IMG/VR virus record: IMGVR_UViG_3300045988_170943
Location: 256,001 to 320,000 of that record
Origin: a virus
Strand: one strand, 5' to 3'
Length of the DNA stretch: 64,000 nucleotides
Shown in pieces: positions 10,394 through 18,577 of this stretch (positions within the stretch are counted from its first letter, which is position 1; every line of letters starts with the position of its first letter). Under the pieces are notes generated by a model. The model searched no databases. It worked only from the letters and a program-made list of their open reading frames with translations, and was not told where the DNA came from. The translations under genes were made by a program, and so were the position numbers.

Positions 10394-10903
10394 ATGCCCA
10401 GACTAACCCAGCAGGAGAGAGACTTCATCCAGGAGTCCCTAGGCCACACGACCAGTGCCCCCAAGAACAATCTAGACGAGGACACAGCCACTACTAGGGA
10501 TGCGGAAGGTGCGGGCAGCGAAGTGACATCCAGCCAAGAGGATGACAGGGCTCGCACCAGCCGGAGGCACCGCAACCTGGAACGCAACGTGAGATTCTGG
10601 GCAAACCCCATATTCTGGATGTCCCTCATCATGGTGGCAGCGTCCTTATTCACTGGTGCCGTCACCTGGCTGGACTACCGGGCCAGAACATACCTAGGTG
10701 ACTCTATCGACTGGCTGGTGCAGCAGGGCCTATCGGAGGACTTCATCAAGATCACGAACCAGGCTGGTATGGGGTGGCTCCCAGACTTCATCCGGTTCTA
10801 CCCGTACAGGTGGACTGCTGTCGGGGCCGTGTGGGTTATTGCTGTTGCCATCATTCTCATCATCATGTTCATCGACTACCAGCGACACAAGGAGGACAAG
10901 TGA
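10394..10903 (+). CDS. Membrane protein (3 predicted TM helices)
   Basis: 169 aa with an acidic N-terminus, then IFWMSLIMVAASLFTGAVTWL and WTAVGAVWVIAVAIILIIMFI. Confidence 0.45.
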   Translation: MPRLTQQERDFIQESLGHTTSAPKNNLDEDTATTRDAEGAGSEVTSSQEDDRARTSRRHRNLERNVRFWANPIFWMSLIMVAASLFTGAVTWLDYRARTYLGDSIDWLVQQGLSEDFIKITNQAGMGWLPDFIRFYPYRWTAVGAVWVIAVAIILIIMFIDYQRHKEDK

Positions 10904-11676
10904 CCAGCAGGCCCAAAGGCGACCGGGACAAGACCTCCAAGAATAGTGGCGCTAGCAGCAAGAGCAAAGGACACACAACAAAGGAAACAACCATTAGGGA
11001 GGCTAGCAAGTCAACCGTGAGGATCCCCAGGTCGCTCGCGTTCATCCGTACCCGAAACGGGGCCATAATCACCTCCCTAGCGGCCGTCATTCTCGCACTC
11101 TCCATACTGCTGACCATCAGTATCACGAACAGTGGTCAGATCATTCCTGCCAGCAAGGAAGAGCAAACCACCAGCACAACCACCACTAGGGGGCTGTCTG
11201 GTCGCACTGCCGACGAGGACAAGGCGGACGCTGTTGCAACCGCAGCGACCCTCCTCAACGCCGCCAACAAGCACACTGGCGACCAGACAGCAGACCAGAG
11301 AGTCCAGGCCCTAGAGCAGTCAGGCGACCACAGTAGCCTCGCGGACCTGACCACCATGGATGCCCTCACCAGGTACACACCCGAGTTCGACGAAGCCCTG
11401 AAAACCACCACCAGACAGTCACTCATTAAGGCGTCCTCACTGCTAGACGACAACAACGACGGCAAGATCGAGGTCAGGGGCAACAAGCCCCACCAGTACG
11501 TGTACCTTGACCAGCAGGCAGGGGTAGCCTATATCCCCCTCCAGGTGTTCTCCGAACACGCCCCAGCGTTCTCCCTAGAGATGGTGTACGTCGATGGGCA
11601 GTGGAGGTTCGCCCCATACACCCTCCTAGACGCCATCAGACTGTCAGCAGCCCTAGGGGGCACACAACAGCACTAG
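10900..11676 (+). CDS. Hypothetical membrane-anchored protein (start uncertain)
   Basis: The ORF track starts at 10774, inside the previous gene. A GTG at 10900 overlaps the upstream TGA. One TM (IITSLAAVILALSILLTISI). Confidence 0.3.
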   Translation: MTSRPKGDRDKTSKNSGASSKSKGHTTKETTIREASKSTVRIPRSLAFIRTRNGAIITSLAAVILALSILLTISITNSGQIIPASKEEQTTSTTTTRGLSGRTADEDKADAVATAATLLNAANKHTGDQTADQRVQALEQSGDHSSLADLTTMDALTRYTPEFDEALKTTTRQSLIKASSLLDDNNDGKIEVRGNKPHQYVYLDQQAGVAYIPLQVFSEHAPAFSLEMVYVDGQWRFAPYTLLDAIRLSAALGGTQQH

Positions 11677-11797
11677 TATCCACACAATCACCAGGGGCAC
11701 CTACAACGAGTTCACAGGCAACTTGGGGTGCCCCTGTGTACGTGTCGGTAACATGAACATGCCCCCGCACATACTATAGGTGTTTAGAGAACCCCGC

Positions 11798-14101
11798 ATG
11801 AGCATTAGCCTGAGAAGCGTTGAACTGTCCAACATCCGCCACCACAAGCACTTCATGTTCAAGCCCGCTGACACTGGAGTCACCACCATACGTGGGGCCA
11901 CCGGGGCAGGTAAGTCCAGCATCGTTGACTCTGTAGCCTGGACCCTGTTCGGAACCAAGCCGCGAGGGGTCACAAAAAACAGTGCCATCATGCGAGATCA
12001 GGCCATCTGGGGGGAGGATAAGTTCTACGCCCGCATCACCCTCAACGTGGACGACACTGTGATGATGGTGGAGCGACGCATCGTTTCCAAGACCGGGACC
12101 GTCGAGTGCGACGTATGGGAGACACCCCAAAACACGTACACTGGTGACGACAGTGCGTTCACTGACGACACACACAAGGCCGGGGCGTCCGTCACCAGTG
12201 CTGAATCCTACATTAGGTCCAGGATCAAGATGGATGCGAAAGGGTTCCTCGCCGCCGTCCTCGTCCAGCAGAAGCAGGTAGACTCCCTTGTCACGGCCAG
12301 CCCCACGGAGCGGGCACAGGTCATTGAGAAACTGACCGGAATCTCCGCCGTTACCCTCGCCCTAAAGAAAGCCAGAGAGGTCAGCAGCGAGCACAAGAAA
12401 ACACTCGCCTCAACAAACGTTGACGAAAAGCGGTCCGTTGAACTACACCAGCAGGCAGACGCCCTCAACAAGGAGATCACCGCCCTCACTGACTCCCTCT
12501 CCAAACAGGAGAAAAGATGCCAGGACGCCAGAACCAAGCACAAGGAGGCAGAGCAGGAGTATACGCACCTGAGTGACCTGTATGAGCAACAGGAAACCAA
12601 GGTACGCAAGGTCAACGAGAACACCGCCCTCATCAAGTCTCTACAAGCCGACCTGGCGGACATCATCAACCAGAAGAAGGACCTCAAATCCACCATGCGG
12701 GCAGCGGCGGGGGCATCAGTTCCACCAGCGGCCAAAGTCTGGCAGGAGATGATCGACACCCAGTCGTCCTTGTCCGCTGCACGGTCCAGGCATGCCGACC
12801 TCGCCAACAGTATCGCCACCTGGGAGTCCGAGGCCCAGCAAGTCAGTGACACCATGACCACGACAGGTGTCACCACCATACAAGACGCCGAACAGGCCAA
12901 GGCAGAGCACACCGCCAAGGTAGAAGACCTTAAAGCCCAGTCTCACCAGCATGTCGCCGACGGGAAAGCCCTGGAGACCGAGATCACCAAACTACGTAAA
13001 GCCATCACCGCCCTCACCGATGGGGAAGGCACATGCCCCACCTGCCTCCAGAAGGTTGACGCCATCAACACCGTCCTGGCGAAACTTAACCAGGAAGTCT
13101 CCGACGCGGAACAGAAGATCGAACACTACCGTGACCTATACCGGCAGACCGCGACAGCCATCAAGGAGGAGACCAGTCAAGTAGAAGCCCTGAACGAAGC
13201 CATTAAGGCTGTCCACGACCAGGAGGCCCTGACTCAACAAATCAGCCAAGCGAGGACACAGGTCGCCTCTCTGGCTGGACAGGTGAGAGCACTGGAGGCA
13301 CAGGTAGAGTCCACCCGCAAGGTACTCGCCACAGCCGAGGAGAACGAGACCCAGAAAACCAGGTACGACGAACTGGCGGCCAGGGGCCTACACATCTCAG
13401 ACCGGATTGAAGCCCTGGAGAAGGAACTCGACGACATCAAAACCACCACCAGCGGAGGCCCTAACGTCACCCTGAAAAAACTCGCCACACTCAGAGGTAA
13501 GGTAGACACGATGGCAACCAAGGCTCACGAGGCCGACATGAGACGACTCGAAACCCAGTCGCAGATCAACGTCGCTCAGGAACGATCCAGGTCTATCCAG
13601 GTGCAAGCCCAGCAGGTTGACGCTGAGATCGCCAAGTACAAGGACATGCTCACCCAGGTGGAGGAGGCAGTCACCACCACCAATGTCGTCGAAAGGTTCC
13701 GCGAGACCCGCATCGAGGACTCTGTGCCAGTCATCGAGGAGTACGCATCTGACCTGATCTCTAGGTTTACGTCAGGGAAGTTCGTGCGCCTAGAGATGGA
13801 TAAGAAGTTCAACGCCACTGTGGTCCTCGCCGACGGCCGCAGACGCCCAGTAGGAATGCTGTCCGGCGGAGAGATGTCAGCAGCAGCCATCGCCCTCAGA
13901 GTCGCCATCTCCATGCTACTCAACCAAGGCACCAGCCAGAACCTCATCATCCTCGACGAGGTTCTAGTCTCCCAGGACTACACCCGCGCTGAAGCCATCA
14001 TCGAGACTATCCGAGAGATCTGCAAAGGCCAGATCGTCCTCATTGCCCACAACGACTCCATTGACGCACACAGCGACAAAGTGGTCGAAATAACCCCGTA
14101 A
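11798..14101 (+). CDS. SbcC/Rad50-family SMC-like ATPase with CxxC zinc hook
   Basis: N-terminal Walker A GATGAGKSSIVDSVAWTLFG. About 500 aa of heptad-rich coiled coil with a central hook GEGTCPTCLQKVD. C-terminal ABC signature LSGGEMSAAAIALRVAISMLL and Walker B LIILDEVLVSQD. The second Met, at 11798, aligns better with SbcC N-termini than the track start at 11780. Confidence 0.65.
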   Translation: MSISLRSVELSNIRHHKHFMFKPADTGVTTIRGATGAGKSSIVDSVAWTLFGTKPRGVTKNSAIMRDQAIWGEDKFYARITLNVDDTVMMVERRIVSKTGTVECDVWETPQNTYTGDDSAFTDDTHKAGASVTSAESYIRSRIKMDAKGFLAAVLVQQKQVDSLVTASPTERAQVIEKLTGISAVTLALKKAREVSSEHKKTLASTNVDEKRSVELHQQADALNKEITALTDSLSKQEKRCQDARTKHKEAEQEYTHLSDLYEQQETKVRKVNENTALIKSLQADLADIINQKKDLKSTMRAAAGASVPPAAKVWQEMIDTQSSLSAARSRHADLANSIATWESEAQQVSDTMTTTGVTTIQDAEQAKAEHTAKVEDLKAQSHQHVADGKALETEITKLRKAITALTDGEGTCPTCLQKVDAINTVLAKLNQEVSDAEQKIEHYRDLYRQTATAIKEETSQVEALNEAIKAVHDQEALTQQISQARTQVASLAGQVRALEAQVESTRKVLATAEENETQKTRYDELAARGLHISDRIEALEKELDDIKTTTSGGPNVTLKKLATLRGKVDTMATKAHEADMRRLETQSQINVAQERSRSIQVQAQQVDAEIAKYKDMLTQVEEAVTTTNVVERFRETRIEDSVPVIEEYASDLISRFTSGKFVRLEMDKKFNATVVLADGRRRPVGMLSGGEMSAAAIALRVAISMLLNQGTSQNLIILDEVLVSQDYTRAEAIIETIREICKGQIVLIAHNDSIDAHSDKVVEITP

Positions 14102-14159
14102 CCAAAACTGGGGATGGTGATATTCGCCCATGATTCCAACATTTTAAGGGAGTAGACAC

Positions 14160-15404
14160 ATGAGCCTGTCACCACAGTGGCGCAACGTCATGGAGGCACT
14201 GTCCGACCCAGCCGTCTCCGAGGTGACAGCAAACGGGCCAGACTCATTCTTCGTATCCAGGGGCGGCACCCGCTACCACATGAAAGACGTCACCTTCAAA
14301 GACGTCGATGACTACATGCAGCAGATCGGCGAAAACCTCATCCCACTGGTCCGATCAGCACACGACTGGGACCCAAACGGCATCCTCTACGAAGGCTACC
14401 TGAGCGCCCGCATCCATGGAAAAAAGGTCGCGGGCCGGTGCACCATCGTCCTCCCCCCAGCCTGCCTGACCGCCCAGATCTGCATCACTAACCGTGTCGC
14501 CTCCCTCACCACCCTGGAAGACATCGCCAGCACCGGGTCCATGAGCACCGAGATGCTGGACTTCATCAAGGCGGCCGTAGACAGCGACCTCACCATCGCC
14601 GTCAGCGGATCCACAGGTGCCGGGAAGACCACCCTCATGGAAGCCTGCACGAAACGGTTCTCCAACACGTCAAGAATCGGTGTCGCTGAGGACATGCCCG
14701 AACTACACCTTGTCCAACCGAACGTCTCCTACCTTAACTCCGTACCCTGGAAACCCGGAATGAAGGAAGAAGAATCCGTGTCCCTGACCTGGGTCGTCCA
14801 ACAGTACCAGCGACTCAGGGTCGATAAGGTGATCGTTGGTGAGGTTCGCGGCAAGGAGTTCGCCGACTTCCTCATCGCCGCGAACTCCGGTCTGGGCGGC
14901 TCCATGATCACCCTCCACGCCGAAGATCCCCAGAACTGCCTAAACAAGATGACCGAGTTCGCGCTCGCCGGTGCACCAGGCAGGCCCATCAAGTCCATCA
15001 ACTCATCCATAGCGAACACCATCGACATCATCATCCAAATGGTCAAGACCCAGGACAAACGCAGACGGGTCTCACACATCCAGCAAGTCACCAGAACCGT
15101 GTCCGACGGCCCGGACGCCAAGATCGTCAGCGCACCCCTCTATTTGTGGGACAAGGAAACAGACACGTTCAGTAAGGCCGGGAACATAGAGGACGCCCTC
15201 AGGCAGAAGATGACAGCCCACGGCATCGACGTCCAAAGGTTCCTCACCTCAGAGATCGGCGCCAGATACCCCTCCCACGGCACAGTCGGCGGCATCACCC
15301 CACACAACAACACCATGCCTGCACCCACACCGGCCCCCGCAATGGGGACACCCGACACGAGTAGCACACAGCCCTTTCCAAGAGTCAGGCGCAGAACCAT
15401 ATGA
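14160..15404 (+). CDS. VirB11/TadA/CpaF-family secretion ATPase
   Basis: Walker A AVSGSTGAGKTTLMEA, Asp box, Walker B VIVGEVRGKEF and His box SMITLHAEDP. AAGGGAG RBS upstream. Confidence 0.7.
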   Translation: MSLSPQWRNVMEALSDPAVSEVTANGPDSFFVSRGGTRYHMKDVTFKDVDDYMQQIGENLIPLVRSAHDWDPNGILYEGYLSARIHGKKVAGRCTIVLPPACLTAQICITNRVASLTTLEDIASTGSMSTEMLDFIKAAVDSDLTIAVSGSTGAGKTTLMEACTKRFSNTSRIGVAEDMPELHLVQPNVSYLNSVPWKPGMKEEESVSLTWVVQQYQRLRVDKVIVGEVRGKEFADFLIAANSGLGGSMITLHAEDPQNCLNKMTEFALAGAPGRPIKSINSSIANTIDIIIQMVKTQDKRRRVSHIQQVTRTVSDGPDAKIVSAPLYLWDKETDTFSKAGNIEDALRQKMTAHGIDVQRFLTSEIGARYPSHGTVGGITPHNNTMPAPTPAPAMGTPDTSSTQPFPRVRRRTI

Positions 15405-16498
15405 CAGCACCAGTGGTAGCGTACGCAGATGACTATAGGCTCACCGTCGAGAGCCTGAGATTCTACGTACCCGCATTCCACCAAGGGGAAGAAGCCGAAC
15501 GCATACTCGTCGAATCAGGTGACACACTCCACCCACAGGAACGCAACCGCCTGGAGGTGCAGGCTCGCCTCAAAACCTTAGCCGTAGCGAAGATCGAGTC
15601 CATGTGCAAGCCTCTCATCGTGAGGGAGATCAACAAACTCATCAATGGCTCCCACCTCAGAGGCAACGACGACCTGTTTAACATCCTCTACGAGACCGGC
15701 GTCAAAGTCGGCATGATCAAGGGCCTAAGGCACTTCGACGTCAACAAGATCCAGGCCGGAGCCACAAACTACCTATTCCAGTGGATCGTCACCTATGCCA
15801 GGAAAGAGTTAGCAACCCATGAGGCCACCTTCGGTATCGCCCCATCCAGGTTCCAGAAACTCAAGAAAGTGTCCGCCGTCCGCAAGAAGATAACAGAACA
15901 GTTAGGTAGGTACGCCACCAACCAGGAAGTACTAGACTACTTCCATTCCGGGAAGGCCGACATCAAGACAATGGCCGGGAGACTCAACGCCCCCAACAAA
16001 GGGTACGCCTCCAACAAGGCAATCACCATGGACCTTGTTCAGGAGCAGGAGAAGTTCGAGAAGACCATGGCCTATGTGCAACTCCTCGACCCCCTGGAAG
16101 ACTACCAGCGACAGTTAGACCAGGCCGTCCACCCACCTAAGCCCTTCAACGAGACCATCTTCGGGGCCTTCAACGACACCCACCCCATGACCGACCAGGC
16201 TGTCGCCGTCCTCATGAGTGAACTGGGCAACTACACAGACATGACCCCACAGGTGAGACACGAACTGGACGCCATGACCAAGAAAGAGTACCGGGCCACC
16301 CTCAAACGCATCACAGAGATGGCTACCGACCCACACGGCCCTTTCCAGGCGTTCATCCGCGCTAACGCCGCCACCCTGGACGCCGGATGGGACTACATGG
16401 TGGGCGAGGAAAACAACAGCACTACAGACAAGGTGCGTGCACGATACACGGCAGCACTGTTCCCGCACGGACTGGAAACACGCACAGGAGAACACTAA
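15401..16498 (+). CDS. Divergent sigma-70-like factor
   Basis: FDVNKIQAGATNYLFQWIVTYARKEL matches the sigma region 2 pattern. The ATG overlaps the TGA of the upstream ATPase gene (ATGA). Confidence 0.4.
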   Translation: MTAPVVAYADDYRLTVESLRFYVPAFHQGEEAERILVESGDTLHPQERNRLEVQARLKTLAVAKIESMCKPLIVREINKLINGSHLRGNDDLFNILYETGVKVGMIKGLRHFDVNKIQAGATNYLFQWIVTYARKELATHEATFGIAPSRFQKLKKVSAVRKKITEQLGRYATNQEVLDYFHSGKADIKTMAGRLNAPNKGYASNKAITMDLVQEQEKFEKTMAYVQLLDPLEDYQRQLDQAVHPPKPFNETIFGAFNDTHPMTDQAVAVLMSELGNYTDMTPQVRHELDAMTKKEYRATLKRITEMATDPHGPFQAFIRANAATLDAGWDYMVGEENNSTTDKVRARYTAALFPHGLETRTGEH

Positions 16499-16863
16499 TG
16501 ATTGACATACTCAACCTGGACTACAACATGAAAGCCGTCATCGGGTGGTCGGCACTGGCAGTCATTGCGGCACTCACCATCCTGTTCCTCGCCCACTTCG
16601 TGTGGCTAGTCATGTCACAACGCAAGGACGACACCCTGGCCCTACCGGAACTGACCCTGGGCGGCGACGACAAGAAGAAAGAGCAGCAGACTGAGCCCAC
16701 GGCCACCCCCGCTGGTCCGGCACCCGCGTTCACGATTAGCGCCCCAGACGACGGCGACCTGCTACTGGAGGAGGCTAGGGCGGCCGCAGCCGAGATCGCC
16801 GCAGAAGGCGAAAACGGGGCAACAAGGCAGGTCAAGAGCCGTTTCTCACTACGCAAAAACTGA
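16498..16863 (+). CDS. Small membrane protein
   Basis: TAATG overlap with the upstream gene and a TM helix VIGWSALAVIAALTILFLAHFVWLV. The track start at 16387 lies inside the previous gene and is less likely. Confidence 0.4.
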   Translation: MIDILNLDYNMKAVIGWSALAVIAALTILFLAHFVWLVMSQRKDDTLALPELTLGGDDKKKEQQTEPTATPAGPAPAFTISAPDDGDLLLEEARAAAAEIAAEGENGATRQVKSRFSLRKN

Positions 16864-16910
16864 TATTTACCTAAAAGTTTCCTGTGTTTTCTGTTTGGAT
16901 GGAGTGATTT

Positions 16911-17201
16911 ATGACAGACACACTAAACAAGCCTGAGATCATTACCAGGGTCGCATCAGCAACAGGCGATTCAAAGGCCACAGTAGAACGAGTCCTCACA
17001 TCCTTGGAGGAGGTAGTCACAGACTCCCTGTGTGAAGGCCGCGACGTCAAGATCAGTGGATTCCTCGCGTTCTCCACAGTTACCAGACCCGCACGCACCA
17101 CCAAGAACCCCAAGACAGGTGAGGATGTCAACGTGCCAGCCCGCAAGGCCCTCCGAATCCGGCCACTGTCCAGACTAAAGAGAACTATCCGCGCATCCTG
17201 A
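16911..17201 (+). CDS. HU/IHF-family nucleoid-associated DNA-binding protein
   Basis: 96 aa. The N-terminus (KPEIITRVASATGDSKATVERVLTSLEEVVTDSL) and arm region (GFLAFSTVTRPARTTKNPKTGEDVNVPARKALRIRP) are typical of the HU fold. GGATGGAGTG RBS upstream. Confidence 0.75.
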   Translation: MTDTLNKPEIITRVASATGDSKATVERVLTSLEEVVTDSLCEGRDVKISGFLAFSTVTRPARTTKNPKTGEDVNVPARKALRIRPLSRLKRTIRAS

Positions 17202-17243
17202 ACACAAAACGAAGGAAAGCCACGAGCCCGCAACACAGTCATT

Positions 17244-17288
17244 CAGGGTGGGTCCAAGACCAAGAAACCAGGTCAAGGTCCCGCCCTG
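17244..17288 (+). terminator. Imperfect 12-bp hairpin downstream of the HU gene
   Basis: CAGGGTGGGTCC ... GGTCCCGCCCTG, with one mismatch and one wobble pair. Confidence 0.3.
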
Positions 17289-17351
17289 AAACACACATAA
17301 ACAACACAGCAAGGTAGAATCACCATCAGAGATTAAACACCACACAAACAC

Positions 17352-17861
17352 ATGGGGGCAGGCGTGGCAGTCACAAAACCAGCACCAGAAAACACTCTCC
17401 TCGTCAGAATCGACCTTGGGGTGAGCATGAAACACGATCTGGAGGCTGCGGCAGAAAAATCACTCCGCATCGCCCAACAAAAATGGGGCCTGAACCTACC
17501 CTCCGCAGACATTGACAGGATCCTGCACCACAGCAGAGCCCAGTTGCTCCGCCATGTCAGTGACGACGCCCGCACCGAGTGGGACGGCGGCAGAGTCGTC
17601 AACGTCATCGTCACCGCACCCAAGTCCGGAGAAGTCCTACTCCCTGACCCCAAGATGTCAACAGACCTCAAAACCACCCTCCTGAAGACGAAGCAAGGGT
17701 GGGAGATCAACGAAGAGGAGAACGACAACGCCGTCCGAGTCACAGAGTTCGCTGAGCACTACCGGTCACGCATTCTCACTATGCAGGACACCGCCATCTT
17801 CTACGGGGTCGGCTCATACTCCACCTACAGCGACAGTAGAAACTACAGGGCACCCCAGTGA
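17352..17861 (+). CDS. Hypothetical protein
   Basis: 169-aa ORF with no recognisable motif. Confidence 0.35.
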   Translation: MGAGVAVTKPAPENTLLVRIDLGVSMKHDLEAAAEKSLRIAQQKWGLNLPSADIDRILHHSRAQLLRHVSDDARTEWDGGRVVNVIVTAPKSGEVLLPDPKMSTDLKTTLLKTKQGWEINEEENDNAVRVTEFAEHYRSRILTMQDTAIFYGVGSYSTYSDSRNYRAPQ

Positions 17862-17915
17862 TATTCGCATTATCTGCCTAATGCCCCTGCCACACGTGAG
17901 ACAAGGACCCCGAGA

Positions 17916-18455
17916 ATGACCTCCAGGCTCACCTACTCGTCACTACCAACCGAGATAAAGAAGATAGCCAACGAGTCCCTAGGCCTGGGCGTCCTCAAGT
18001 CACTGTTCAGTTACGCAAAAACCTACCATCTCATCATCAAAATCAGTGACGGAATCTTCATCGGCTTCGCCCTCTACCACTACCATACCAAAACCATGAG
18101 GGACGGCAGTACCTACACGACCGGCATCATCGACTGCGTGTGCGTCGCCACCCCCTACAGGCAGGAAGGGTTTGGCACACTCCTCACATTCAGCACCCTA
18201 AGGAAGATGAACGCCTATGGGGTGGATCGCATAGAGATCCTACTGAAGAAACCTACCCCAGAAGACAAGGACAACGAACCCGGTGTGCCACTCATCGGCA
18301 GCGAGGACCTACTTGTCGCCCTCGGGTTCCGCAAAGTAAAAACCTACCGGAACAACTACACACAAATCTCCCGGCAATACGGGTATGACTGCATCATGTG
18401 CAACAACCGCCCCGACACGTGCCTGGGGATCCTTTACGCAATAGACTCCAACTAG
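17916..18455 (+). CDS. GNAT-family N-acetyltransferase
   Basis: Motif A-like CVCVATPYRQEGFGTLLTFSTLRKM (Q/RxxGxG/A) at a GNAT-typical size of 179 aa. Confidence 0.5.
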   Translation: MTSRLTYSSLPTEIKKIANESLGLGVLKSLFSYAKTYHLIIKISDGIFIGFALYHYHTKTMRDGSTYTTGIIDCVCVATPYRQEGFGTLLTFSTLRKMNAYGVDRIEILLKKPTPEDKDNEPGVPLIGSEDLLVALGFRKVKTYRNNYTQISRQYGYDCIMCNNRPDTCLGILYAIDSN

Positions 18456-18577
18456 AACCAGGCCAGTAATACAGTAGGATAGTCCCAGCAAAAACGCATG
18501 ATACTGGGGAACAAAAACTAGCGGCAGCGATATTTTTCCCCTGAGTTCTCAAAGACCCACAAGGGGAAACGGCCGTA

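Noticed and set aside
14160-15404. Calling the secretion ATPase specifically TadA (Tad pilus) or specifically VirB11.
   Set aside because: Only the shared Walker A, Asp, Walker B and His boxes are visible. No TadB/TadC, pilin or VirB4 neighbours are present to discriminate, so I left it at family level.
16387-16863. Track start of the small membrane-protein ORF at 16387, plus similar upstream-extended starts at 3704, 10774, 37719, 52664, 55714 and 60928.
   Set aside because: These starts lie inside the preceding gene or a hairpin, or lack an RBS. Internal ATG/GTG codons with stop/start overlaps or Shine-Dalgarno sequences give more plausible gene starts.
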